Positions 1-11,282 of a stretch of DNA of 64,000 nt are shown here, one piece after another. Positions within the stretch are counted from its first letter, which is position 1; each line of letters begins with the position of its first letter. Origin of the DNA: Eukaryota sp. TZLM1-RC (lineage: Eukaryota > Protista > Metamonada: BaSk clade); the NCBI GenBank assembly GCA_040285825.1, contig JAUPSS010000004.1:248001-312000 (forward strand). The letters run 5' to 3'. Both the position numbers and the translations under genes were made by a program. The notes under the pieces are model-generated. The model saw only the letters and a program-made list of their open reading frames with translations. It was not told the DNA's origin and ran no database searches.

Positions 1-319
1 TACACAATAATTTCCATATAAAGGTGAACAACACATGAAAATCATAAAAATCATCTTAGTCAAACTTTTGTTTCAGAAATTCGACCAGTTTGTTGGAGTC
101 TATTTCACCATCTAAGCTGTTCAATGTTAAACTCATTGTGGGTTGCCAGTTCTCAATTGGTTTTGCTACCCACGGGGAAAAATCAGTGCAAGTATCATTT
201 CTATTACAAGATACATTAAAACCAGAAAGTTGACAATTCATAAAAGCAAAAATATTCCATGTAAGCATCATCTGAAACAATCTATTCGATTTTTGATTCC
301 AGCATCAAAATGCAGCAAT

Positions 320-1112
320 CATCATTACAACAAGCAATGCTCAATTCATCTTCCACTAGGTCAACAATAATTTGTAGAATGCATTTAACTTCGCTCTTAA
401 GAATCAATTTGTTTTTGAATGTGCTCACCAATATGTCAATTCTTGATACCGCATAAATGTATCAATTCTTATTTACAAGTCACCTTTTATAATTCAGCAT
501 CCATTGTTTTCCCGAACTTGGCTACTTGTCCATTTATTTTGTTCTTCGACCAACAAAAATCAGTTTTCTAGCTTTCAAATGGAATAAGTTTTGTCTTTCC
601 ATACGAATTTCTTTTTTTCCATTATTTCAACCTTGAAAACAGTATCAAAAAGAATTTGCATTTCACAATTTGACCTTTTTTGTACAATAGGGGAAGATCG
701 GGAAAACCAAAGTCGCCACTGAACTTGAGTAAATATGAATAATCGACATTATCAGCTTTAGAGACCCGTAGCAAAGATTTCAAAATTCTAATCAACATGA
801 ATTAAATAATAGTTTCAATGAAGTATTTGTCAAAACCTACCTAAAAATTGCGGAAGACATAATTCAATTATTTTGGCGTATATGGTGGGCAATAATGATC
901 GATTCTGAAGTTGCTTTATTATATCTGAAACACCTCTTGAATTGGTAATTGCTCTTACACCCCCTGTCATTGCAGTAATTCATTAAATAATGGAATATAT
1001 GCTTTTGGATAAAAGGTCTTTGCTAACAGATTTATATTTACATTAGGTGTGATAAAAATAGAATAAATTCAGTCGAAAAATGCAGCTCTATCAGAAAATA
1101 CGTTTTCCCAAG
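320..1112. repeat. Dispersed repeat, copy 1 (copy 2 at ~27115-27910); probably a decayed TE or gene fragment
   Basis: Long near-identical blocks shared with 27115-27910, e.g. gcatttaacttcgctcttaagaatcaatttgtttttgaatgtgctcacc and gattctgaagttgctttattatatctgaaacacctc; no intact ORF. Confidence 0.85.
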
Positions 1113-2129
1113 ATGTAGTGTTTTGAAAAATTTCTGATTCACTCTCTTCTTTTGAGAAATTTTCTGAATCTTTAGCAATTAATTGTTTTGATGTAGGGGA
1201 GGCAGGTTTTGAGGATGTGGAGTTTTAATTGTGTATTTTATGTTTCGATATTTCTTATCAAATGAATAAAAATACTCAGAAAAAATGAAAATGTTCCACA
1301 ATTGTTCCATACGTACCACATTCTGTTTTCTCTAAGCTTTGTATATGGACTTCTCTGATCTTCAGACAGACAGTTTCGCAAACTTAAAGACATCCCTTTA
1401 AGAACGCTGCTTTGCCTGATGAACGGCACTCGTCCAACTTTGGTATCCGTCATCCTTTCAACTTTTTCAACTATTTGAAAGCAGAAACCGACTTTTACTC
1501 GATTTATTCCATCTCCAGTGGCATTTGGAGCATTCTCATGTACCCATTAATATCCCCGCACACCCACAAGTTCCTATAGCAACTGAAACAACGTTCTCTT
1601 CTCGGCTACGTTATTCGAAGAACAGTGTGAATTTGTGAGATCCTCTTTGTGAACTCGCCAAAGCCCTTCCTCCTTCGAAGTGCCTCCCGTAAAACGTCCA
1701 CGTGGTAAACAACGCAAAAACTGTTATAGTTATAGATGTTCCAATGTCTGTACTATGGTTATCTTGTTTTCTCCAATATAGATATTTTGATTACCTCATT
1801 TCCATACAAATCACATTTATGGTGCATTCGATGGTACATTTGGTCAAAGTCAATAATAAATAGTAATTTTAAACAAATAACTTGAACTATTGCCGCGTCA
1901 TCGCACGTGTTTTGATGTTATCAAAACATCTAACATTATCCCTTGTGCACCTCATCTCTTTTATGATGGCAAATTTTTTGTTAAAGGATTGAGTACAACT
2001 TCGTACGGCTCTTTATCTGGGGAATCACTATCATAAACATGCAGCACATCACCAAGGCAGGAGTTAGAAGAGCTACTGAATCTACTTCATTTACAGCACA
2101 AAAAACTGTGTTCAGCTTTTCTAATTCTA

Positions 2130-2880
2130 TTACACTGTGACCAATGGCGGATCTTTTGGTGTCGTAATTCTGAACATTTTTATTGTGCAGAGGGCAATTA
2201 ACAGCAATATGACCTGGCTTATGACATCTGTAGCCAACTTTGGCGGCAACATCTGTGTTTCTAGGAGCTGAACGGTGTATGTAGTATACATTTTAGATCT
2301 ATCATGATCAACAATTTTTTCAGTAGCGTTTTGCACAAGAGTTTTGAAATCCGGAATCAATTGGTCATTGATACGAGAGACAAGGGATTCCGCAAGTCCT
2401 TTGGAAGTAATACCAGCGGTAAATCGTTTCATAAATGTTATAGTTGCTGATCAATAAGGTTAGTAGTTATTTCAGTATTTCACTTGATGACCCGGCACTC
2501 GTTGAAGAACGGGTTTCTTTATTAATAAACTGTCTTTTTCTCTCCTTACTTCTTTGGTATTTCTGCCTAACGGCATCATAAACACAGATTTAGGGATGAC
2601 GACACAATCAGTCTTTTCATTCACCCTCAGAAAATGTCTGAGGTAATCGTTCATACTTCTTCTGGCACTTGTAATTTTTACATTCATTTTCAACCGATGA
2701 ACGGTCTCGTTAAATGTTGTTTAGGAAAAAAACTTGTTCTGGTACTTCAGAAATTCCTTTATTTATTGAACCGAATAAGAAGGTTTAAAATTTTCAAGAA
2801 TTTGGAACTAGATTTACAACCCGTATACACCTTTCATCATGTATGTTGACTCCTGGTTATGTTTAGCTATTAAAATTGTG
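2130..2880 (-). pseudogene. Decayed retrotransposon gag, homolog of the 11464-12219 gag, split by a solo LTR
   Basis: MKMNVKITSARRSMNDYLRHFL and KRFTAGITSKGLAESLVSRINDQLIPDF align to LKLDVRIGDVRERMSCYLRRFL and NRFARGILPVGLQRSLLARIRDDVFPDL; shifted frame reads GYRCHKPGHIAVNC (degenerate zinc knuckle); upstream limit approximate. Confidence 0.8.
2436..2578 (+). mobile_element. Solo LTR, TGTT...GGCATCA family, TSD TAAA
   Basis: TG...CA ends; ends in tctgcctaacggcatca like the 11283-12385 LTRs; TAAA at 2432-2435 and 2579-2582; removing it rejoins the gag frame (SVFMKRF). Confidence 0.88.
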
Positions 2881-3691
2881 TTTACATCTATCACGTTATA
2901 CCACATCATCACTCATTCAATTAGATTATCGTTTAATTTATTTTGATTATTCCAACCCGCTGTCATAAACTACCCGTTTTCTGTTCCGTAGTTTGTTACC
3001 AAGATAAATGCCAATATTGACTCAACATGTTACTGTTCGCCAACTGGATTGGATGTCGTATCTCGTCATGCAAAGATACAAGAAACCAATCTGAATCTCT
3101 GAACTCAACCATCATTTAAGAAAGGTTGAGAAGTCGTTGCACGTTGTAGTATTTTCTTACTATGTATACAATTATTTTTTCAATTATTCAATGTATGAAT
3201 TTTCCAGGCAAACACAAAACATTTGGTACTCTGATCTGAGCAAAATAGAATTGTGTTCTCTACTTCTAAGGGGATGTTGAAGATGGTTCCTTATGCATTC
3301 CGTTCTCTTCGAACTCACTGAGAGCGAATTTCATCTAGTTGTTGTGTTTTGGCAGAAATTGATTAGTATGATGTTGATTTAAAACTTGTTTAATGAATGA
3401 ATAAAGCTTTAAAATTTGAAAATTATTTGATTTCTCTTATGTCAAATAACACCATTAAATCAATCATAGATCTAATATAGTCTAATTCTCCTCTTTTAAA
3501 ACTTTATTATTTAATGTATCTTTATTATAAGAACCGTGAGAAATGGTTCTGGTTCTCTTTGAGATTTCGGATAAACAACCATCCATCAGAAGGAAGAAAC
3601 TGATCCCCATTCAGCGTGATCAGTGTTGGTTCCAGAAATCGATTTCCAAAGAGCAGGTATGAATGTGGCTGAAGAGGTGGTCATGATGAGG

Positions 3692-5322
3692 CAGAAAACC
3701 AATCAAAATTAACCTATCAATCATGACACACCTCCCTCCAAATGTGCATCTTTATCCTCACACAGGATATCCTTCGACAATTGGAGACGTCCACACTGTT
3801 CCAGGATCAAATCGTGCTCCTATTGATTATCTTAAGCGTTGTCAATGGGTCGTGTTAATCTTGATCTTCACAGCTGTGGCCTTCATCTCTGTCATGTTTC
3901 GATTTATCTTTACAAATCCTTCTCAACCCTTTCTAGACATTCTTTTCTTTATTCACCTATTGATAATCGCTTTCAGCACATTCTATTTTTACCATCGCCT
4001 TGGGACAGTGAATTTCAGAAAGCAGAGATTCTTCGGTACTGTCCTCTTATTTGTTTCTTGGTTCATTTGCTCTTTGTTTCCAATAGTAAATAGAATCAGT
4101 ATCATCTGGTTTATCCCCAGACTGTTTTATCCTTTCATGTACTTATTTCTCATTTTCATTTCATTTCTCATACCATTTGTGGCTCTTAAATTAGCGCTAA
4201 GAAAAGCAGCGGAAACTGATTTAATTCTTGGTTTAACTTATGGTTCTGTCTTTGGTTTTGCACTTGGAAATAGATGGCAGCTTCCATTTGAGGTCTATGG
4301 ATCTCCTCGTTTTTTCTCTTATCGTGATGATTATGTGGATGTGGACATACATGGGGCCCTTGTTTTCTCCTTGTTAGAGTTATCCACCCTGGCAGCTATG
4401 ATCGTAATGGGAATGGCTTTTGGACTTGCAGTAGTGATTAGAAGGAGGAAAATTGGAACCAGAAAACATTATATTAATTTGTTTCTCTTTTCTATAATTC
4501 CATCATGTTTGTTGTGCTTTGTTGTGGATGAGCTTCACTTCTACGTAGTTATTATTTACTGGTATGGTTATCAGTATGAACCCCGTGTGGGTGGGGGTTA
4601 TTACTTGACATCTTACTTTCTAATTGTTGTTTCCTGTGTTTATTGTTATTTTATGGGCATGAAACTCAAGCTTCTTATGCATAAGTTTCAAAATGAAGTA
4701 GAGGAAAGTATTACTACTAATCCCATGACTACTGCCAAAGTTTGAGTCATTGTATTGATTTTTATTGAGGCTGACAATAAATTTTTTGTAAAATTTTAAC
4801 GTGTTTGAAATATACCACCTCTACTGGTACATGTATTAACCGAGGCCACTTGTGAAGTTCTGTTTCACATCGGGTGCATAATTGACAATTCATGAATTTT
4901 AATATTTCGAAATAATGTCTTTTCTATAAACACATAATTGCAGAAATTCATAAAAGCGATTTGTTTTAAGATTCATTAGACAGTACTAATGAGACAAGAA
5001 ATCAATCAGAGGAAAACAGGTGTTAATAAAGAAATAGAAGATAACTAATAATTATTACTATTGAATATTAACAGCGACTATTACATTATTGATGTAATTA
5101 GTTTTTTGCAATTGTATTTCAATACCGCTTTCACAAAGAACATTAGTGGTTTTCGAACGAAATCATAAAAATAACGAGGGCTGTGATTAAGGCCCTTTGG
5201 ACCTATTTAATTGAAACTGTTTTGCACTAGCATGTTACGAATTTGATGCGTCATAGAAAAGTAAGGACTCGTGGCAGTATATAATACATGGCTTGATCAT
5301 TGTTTCATTTCCAAAAAGGCAA
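3692..5322 (+). repeat. Segmental duplication with ~24128-25793 (8-TM gene plus ~580 bp 3' flank)
   Basis: 3' flanks nearly identical by eye (gtcattgtattgatttttattgaggc ... ggcttgatcattgtttcatttcc). Confidence 0.92.
3723..4745 (+). CDS. Uncharacterised ~8-TM membrane protein, paralog 1
   Basis: 340-aa ORF, about 8 hydrophobic segments; paralog at 24154-25215 with same start and identical C-terminus; AATAAA-like signal after stop. Confidence 0.88.
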   Translation: MTHLPPNVHLYPHTGYPSTIGDVHTVPGSNRAPIDYLKRCQWVVLILIFTAVAFISVMFRFIFTNPSQPFLDILFFIHLLIIAFSTFYFYHRLGTVNFRKQRFFGTVLLFVSWFICSLFPIVNRISIIWFIPRLFYPFMYLFLIFISFLIPFVALKLALRKAAETDLILGLTYGSVFGFALGNRWQLPFEVYGSPRFFSYRDDYVDVDIHGALVFSLLELSTLAAMIVMGMAFGLAVVIRRRKIGTRKHYINLFLFSIIPSCLLCFVVDELHFYVVIIYWYGYQYEPRVGGGYYLTSYFLIVVSCVYCYFMGMKLKLLMHKFQNEVEESITTNPMTTAKV

Positions 5323-5412
5323 AATTTGCGTCCGGTTTTCCGAATCCCTCATTGTTATATCATTTAAAGATCGGAACATTGCACAACCTTATTTTTGAAA
5401 ACTTCTTCCCAG

Positions 5413-5497
5413 AAAAAATAATAAAAAATAATAAAAAATAATAAAAAATAATAAAAAATAATGAAGAATAATAAAAAATAACAAAAAATAATAATAC
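5413..5497 (+). repeat. (AAAAATAAT/AAAAAATAAT)n minisatellite
   Basis: Directly visible tandem A-rich units. Confidence 0.85.
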
Positions 5498-5504
5498 AAT
5501 GAGG

Positions 5505-6030
5505 AATTGTTTTACAAATATCATTAAAAACCTATAAATCATCATCTAGATAATCCATATCTCCTAAAACATAAATGCTAGATGCAACTCTCTCATAGTG
5601 AGATCCAAGAGAGCAAAGCATCAGAAACCATCTTTCAAACATTCCCTTGAAAATAGAAAATACAATTCTATTTTCCCAAAGAAATTTGTTGAAATTTCTT
5701 TTTACAATCATTTCAAAATCCAAAAACCGTATAGCCGTTGGAGCAAGTTAACCAAAAAATGAAAATGCAAATGGATACAAATTGTATTATGTATACTGTT
5801 GACTGGACAATTTGGACAATGGTTCACTGTATTTGTACATTTTTAGATTTTCAGCATTTGAAAGAGGATTATGAATTTCTGAATTATGGCTGTCTTTCTT
5901 TTGAGGTATTACAAGGATCAACAGACATTACATCCAATGAAATGAAGCTTCCATCTAAATCAGGTAATATGACATCACCTCTATTATTCCTATGAAAATC
6001 ATCTTCAGATTTGACATTAAGGAATATTAT
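5505..6030 (-). mobile_element. 3' fragment of CRE-like non-LTR element (RLE domain), same subfamily as 36165-38696
   Basis: EDDFHRNNRGDVILPDLDGSFISLDVMSVDPCN and LWENRIVFSIFKGM...LGSHYERVASS match the 37541-38647 ORF. Confidence 0.9.
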
Positions 6031-6634
6031 AATTTTTTTGCTTTGTACAGAAGTGTTTCCAAGTATTTTAAATTTAATGATTTTTAAGCTTTCCAAGAAT
6101 TCATCAAGATTTGGAAGTCGAAAATATTGTTTCATTTGTGTTATAGTTTGTTCTGATTTGTTTTGTCTTGTCTTTGCGTGGAAAATAAATAATACAAAGA
6201 AAAAAATAAATAAAATTCAAAAGAATATTATTTTCTTTATTTTATTAATTTTGTACCGTGTAGACTGAAAAATAATTTAAAATTATTTTTGAAGAATGTT
6301 CCTGGATTAGATTAAATCAAAGTTGACTTAACACGATGGGCTTTTCAGAAGTTTCCAGGATGATTAACAAGAGCTTTAGTGGATGTGGATTTCAGAACCC
6401 AACTTCCCTTTACTGTCATCTTTGTGTATTTGATGTTGTCATCATTTGATAATAAACATTGTTTTGAAACAAAAGATGTTGACAAAGATATAGTTATTGA
6501 TTTATTGGGTTATTTATTTATATTATCCTTGTTGAAATAAACCACAACAGACTTGAATCATTGATCTAGAATATTATTCAAGACAACCATCATCATAAAG
6601 AGCATACACAAAATTTCGTTATAAAAGAACTATA

Positions 6635-9600
6635 TTACAACAAAATTTTCGTGGGAACAAACCTTGTTTTTGTGTCACCAACTCCCAACTGTCCTTCAGT
6701 GTTACTTCCCCAGCCAAATAATTCCCCCTCTCCATAAGCAAAAGCATGAGAAAATCCGGCACTGATATGATCAATATTTTCAAGTCCTATTAGTTCTGGC
6801 GTGTTAATTTTCTCCAAAGCTTGACCTAAACCAAGCCTTCCATCTTTATTTGAGCCCCACATGTAGACCTTCCTGTCCGCAGTCAAAGCCATTGAAAATT
6901 TTCCTCCACAAGCAATAGCCTGTATTTTTGGTAAAGATTCAACTGGAATTGGGCGATTTCTACTCTGATTGGTCCCATTACCAAGTTGTCCTTCTGAATT
7001 CAACCCCCAGCAGTAAACTTTTCCTTGCTTATTCAAAGCTATAAAATGATCAAAACCAGCAGCAACAGAGGAAGCCATAAAATCAGGAATCTTGGTGAAA
7101 TTTTTGTTTCTGTATGTGATAACAGATCCGTCCTTATCAAGGAGGATCAAGTTATCAAATTTACAATCAAAATCGACAATGAAATTTTCAATATCCAAAA
7201 CAGTTTTACGTTCATCATTTCCTACTTTGATTACTTCACCAGTCTTTGTTAAAAAGAACGAACAATACCTTCCAGCAGTTACCTTGATAATATCATGGAG
7301 ATCTTGTATGTGGGTGGGTCTACAATAAGACTTTGTGAGCAACCATTTGTTCTTTGGTAAATTTAGCTGGTTTTCATCGTTGTTACCAAAGCCATAAACT
7401 CGTTTGTCAAGACCAATTGCGAAACTATGGAAATGTCCAACTGAAAGTTGAGTACATTCAAAATTTTCAATAAGCGTGGGGTCATGTCTATCAAGCTTAT
7501 CACCATTTCCTAATTGACCAAAATAATTGCTTCCAAACATGAAAATTTCAGTGCCTTTGAGTAGACCACTGAACTTTGATGCTACAAGAGTGATTTTTGG
7601 GAAAACGACCTTCCTTGTTTCAGCTTTAACTACTGGAGATTCAATTTCTTTATCAGAACTAGATACAAATTCAAGGTCCAGATCTGAGTCTTCTAAATCT
7701 GTGTCATGGACAACGGCTGAGGAAACAGATAGATGGTCGGAATTTTTCGAATTCTCGACTGGTAACTCAGCAAGAACCTTGAATCTTCTTTCAAGGACAT
7801 TTAAAACTTTGACTTTCCGCTCCACCAAGGAAGTAGGTGTGTAATGATGCTGCTCAATCACCTCAAAAACTGATTTTAATTTGTTCGCTAGGCCTAAAGT
7901 ATAACATGATTCTAATAACTGTATAATTGTACCATAAAGCTCTAAAATCTGATCTTTCTTTTGTTCAACAAAACTTTTGTCAATTAGGGACAATCCAAAG
8001 GTACATAAAACTCTACTATTCAAAGTAAGACACTCTATGGGATCAGTTTTGTATCTAAAAGCAAGTAAAACATCAACAACTTCACTAACGGAGGGTCTTT
8101 GATGATAATCAAACTTTAAACATTCATTAATGACATCAACCAAACAAACTGGAAGATTTTCATCAGCAAAGACAGTTGGAATATCTCCAGATCTGAGAGC
8201 ATTAACAACCAATTGGTCTCTATTCACAAGACCTTCAAAATCCTGCCAAATGGACTCCCTTGTCAGTACAAAAATGATAATTAAAGCAAAAGAAAACACA
8301 TCAATCTTATCAGTGTAGATAGTTTCGTCCAAAACTAGCTCAGGACTAGTCCAAAGAGGAGTCAAAACTCTATTACCATTAATAGACATTGAGACATTTG
8401 AATTACCAATATTTTTACCACTGCCCCAGTCAATTATAACAGGACAACCCTCTCTAAATAGAATGTTATCAGGTTTGAGATCTCGATGTAGAAGTTTACA
8501 TTCATGACAAGCAGCCAAGGCTTTTCCAATGTTGATCAAGACATCAAATTTCTTAGTTTCCTTATTTAAACTCGAAACTTTCTCTTTGAGAGTAAATTCT
8601 GATAAACGTTCCATAACAAGCCCATATCTTGGTCTATTGGTCTTGACCACACATGTTAGACCATATACTCTGGGGAGCGAAGGAACAGACGGTAAAGAGT
8701 TGATTATAGAATATTCTCTTGCTAATTCACGACTTATTCCATCAGAAGAGTAATACAGCTTAATGACGACATTACTCAACCTGTACTCTGCTTGGATGAC
8801 CTCCGACTGGCCACTGAACTGAGAGGTAGACCAATCGATATCTAATTCGTCTTCAGGAATAGATACCTTCATTTGTTCTTGACAATCATGATTGAGATCT
8901 TTCTGCAATTGCTTTCGTTGTTCATTGTACACTTTTTGTTGTTCCTCAATGGCTGCTTTAACGCTAGCCTCGGTGGCATTTGAAAGTTTTTGCTGAAGTT
9001 TTTTGAATTCCTGTCTCATTTCTTTAAGCAACATTTGTTTATGGCTTGCCAAAGCATTCTGAAATTCTTCATGATCAAAACCAACAATTGCTTCCACTTT
9101 TTGATTGGATAAAGTTGGTAATTTTTCAATTGTTTTGCCCGTGAAACCAATCAGTAATTCTGTTGAGAAATCATCCAAGAGTTTGTTACATTGTTCGAAT
9201 TCTCTTCGGAATTTCTCAATTGAAAACGCTTTTTTATACCACTTTGCATCATCATGCTGCATGATTACAGTGTTGATTCGTGTACATACTTCGGTAAAGT
9301 TGCGGAGAACGTCAACCAGTGCGGGACTTTCGGCGAGTTCTGGAGTGGTTTCGAGAGGGGAAAACGTGAGCTTGGTGAGACGAAGTACCCTGCCAACTAG
9401 CACACACGATTGCGCTTTATTAAGTTTGATTCCTTTGATTGTGGAGAAAAGAGTACCCAATGCTGATCCTACAGGACCAAAAAGTTTAGATTGGCGTGAA
9501 ATGAAATCAACAGTGTTGGACAATGGACCACTTATTGCAGTGATGAAAGACTTTGGTTCCCATTCAGCCAGATCAATGTTGATTTCAGAAATGGATTTGC

Positions 9601-9637
9601 ACAGAACAGGTATGAATGAGGTTGAAGAGGTAGTCAT
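6635..9637 (-). CDS. MLKL-NTD-like four-helix bundle + coiled linker + TKL-type protein kinase + RCC1 repeats
   Basis: 1000-aa intact ORF; kinase motifs VIK, HRDLKPDN, DWG, TSPE, DVFSF, RPS; RCC1 repeats (FGSNYFGQLG, WGLNSEGQLG, WGSNKDGRLG, WGSNTEGQLG); N-terminal NKAQSCVLVGRV...KWYKKAF...FEQCNKLLD pattern. Kinase and RCC1 calls are stronger than the 4HB call. Confidence 0.9.
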   Translation of the reverse strand: MTTSSTSFIPVLCKSISEINIDLAEWEPKSFITAISGPLSNTVDFISRQSKLFGPVGSALGTLFSTIKGIKLNKAQSCVLVGRVLRLTKLTFSPLETTPELAESPALVDVLRNFTEVCTRINTVIMQHDDAKWYKKAFSIEKFRREFEQCNKLLDDFSTELLIGFTGKTIEKLPTLSNQKVEAIVGFDHEEFQNALASHKQMLLKEMRQEFKKLQQKLSNATEASVKAAIEEQQKVYNEQRKQLQKDLNHDCQEQMKVSIPEDELDIDWSTSQFSGQSEVIQAEYRLSNVVIKLYYSSDGISRELAREYSIINSLPSVPSLPRVYGLTCVVKTNRPRYGLVMERLSEFTLKEKVSSLNKETKKFDVLINIGKALAACHECKLLHRDLKPDNILFREGCPVIIDWGSGKNIGNSNVSMSINGNRVLTPLWTSPELVLDETIYTDKIDVFSFALIIIFVLTRESIWQDFEGLVNRDQLVVNALRSGDIPTVFADENLPVCLVDVINECLKFDYHQRPSVSEVVDVLLAFRYKTDPIECLTLNSRVLCTFGLSLIDKSFVEQKKDQILELYGTIIQLLESCYTLGLANKLKSVFEVIEQHHYTPTSLVERKVKVLNVLERRFKVLAELPVENSKNSDHLSVSSAVVHDTDLEDSDLDLEFVSSSDKEIESPVVKAETRKVVFPKITLVASKFSGLLKGTEIFMFGSNYFGQLGNGDKLDRHDPTLIENFECTQLSVGHFHSFAIGLDKRVYGFGNNDENQLNLPKNKWLLTKSYCRPTHIQDLHDIIKVTAGRYCSFFLTKTGEVIKVGNDERKTVLDIENFIVDFDCKFDNLILLDKDGSVITYRNKNFTKIPDFMASSVAAGFDHFIALNKQGKVYCWGLNSEGQLGNGTNQSRNRPIPVESLPKIQAIACGGKFSMALTADRKVYMWGSNKDGRLGLGQALEKINTPELIGLENIDHISAGFSHAFAYGEGELFGWGSNTEGQLGVGDTKTRFVPTKILL

Positions 9638-10106
9638 GAAGTAGATTTATATCGACATTTGGGTCATTCTGAACTATTTGTTCCTCTTGACTTGATTCAT
9701 CAACTGACTTTTTCTTTCCTGTTCGGTTTCATTGTGAGAAACGATAGTCAATTTTTGATCAGTTTTTTTACTCTCAAAGAAGAATAAGTCACGTTTTCAA
9801 GGATCACATACAACAATTGATGATTGAAAAGTATCAACATCAACATCATCAATAAACAAATCACAAATAATGGCCTTGTTTTTTTTATTGTCAATTGATT
9901 CAAGAGCCCCAGTGTCTTAGTTGCCCTAATCTCAAAAAGTACGCAACGTATGTACTCCAAATTGTTCAACCCGAAAAGTCAATTTCACAATGGTATTAAG
10001 CAAAGCACGGGACATATTTTGATCCACTGGCTAATAATCACAGCCAATCCCTACATAGGTGAATGTCAAAATATGTTATAAATTTCAATTAGAAATGAAC
10101 GATTCA

Positions 10107-10729
10107 CTATCAATAAAAATTCTGTGGCCACATTCTTTCAGTCAGCACAACATATTTTGTATTTTCTAGAAGATAACTGTCCTGAGGTTATGAAAGGGTA
10201 ATCCCTTCGTTTAGTCCAGATGGCACCATGCTTTTTGAGATTGAATCACAAAACAGAACCCTATTTGACAGAGTAAAGATATCAGTGACCTGCTGAACAA
10301 CCCTTATCGGTTTTAATGAATTTATTTCTTTAACTATACCGTAATAGTTGCTGGTAAATAGGGTAAGTAGATATCTCCGGATTCCCCGTGATGATGTAGC
10401 ACTCGTTGAAAAGAACGGGTTTCTTTACTATTAAAAGCTCTTTTTCTCTCTATGCTTTTTTGGAATTTTTGTCCAACGTCATCAATACCACTCTTTCAAG
10501 TAATGATTCTTTGCTGTTCATGTTCTTCCAGAAATTCAGAAAAACATAACCTCGGCCAATTTAAGCGGAATTTGAGTCAAGTTGGGTCTCTAGAAATTAT
10601 GATTTTCATAACTTTTTAAAGGATGCATGTCCTTGTTTCTAGAACGTGGTGATCACTTGAGATATTTTGTGAAAAAAATGCTGTAGATAATGTGTGTTGT
10701 AACCTACAGTGTGGCGCAAGAAAAACAAC
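10107..10729 (+). mobile_element. 5' LTR (partial, ends CCTACA at 10708) plus PBS-like TGGCGC of a TGTAGG...CCTACA Ty3/Gypsy family
   Basis: Inverted copy at 15032-15653; CCTACA is the inverted repeat of TGTAGG that starts the PPT-preceded LTRs at 12552 and 49000; TGG begins at 10712. Confidence 0.7.
10340..10484 (+). mobile_element. Old solo LTR (TGTT...CATCA family) nested inside the larger LTR, TSD ATAC
   Basis: Shares gcactcgttgaa..gaacgggtttcttta with the 2436-2578 solo LTR; ATAC on both sides; terminal T changed to C. Confidence 0.75.
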
Positions 10730-11282
10730 GAACTGATGTTTGGGTCATCTATCAGCCCAAAATCAGATCCTGCTAACATTCTAGGAGGCATTTTCGATTT
10801 TGAATCTGATGAACCACTTTTGCAAGACCTCAAATTTAAGAATGAACGTCCTTAAAGAAGATGGGAAGAAGCAGAGCATCACCAACTATTAAATACACCC
10901 AGTCATACGAAAAACATAGATGAAAATACATTTAATATTGGTGACTATATTCTTTGAAAGATTAAACAACCTAAAAAATTGCAAGGATCTTGGTTAGGCC
11001 TGTATCTGGTTTTAGAAACGCCTTCCAACTCCACTTTATTAATAAAGAACCTGACGACTGGTGAACAAACTAAAATATCGAAAAGGGACTGTAAAATTCA
11101 CAACGCTGACGTTCCTAACGATGTCGATCTACTTAGGGCCATCGCAACCACAGATTCAGGTAAACATGTCATCGAGGAAATCCTTGACAAGTATAATACT
11201 GCTCAAGGACCCTTCTGTACTGTAAGATGGTTTGGTGGAGATACTACCGAGAAACCACTCCATTCTATCAGATATTCAGAAG

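Noticed and set aside
1290-1730. Coding-like remnant ending in an AT-hook-like KRPRGKQRK
   Set aside because: No continuous ORF or family motif; too decayed to call
9105-9644. 179-aa antisense ORF over the kinase gene and other short antisense ORFs
   Set aside because: Shadow ORFs of real genes with no domain signal
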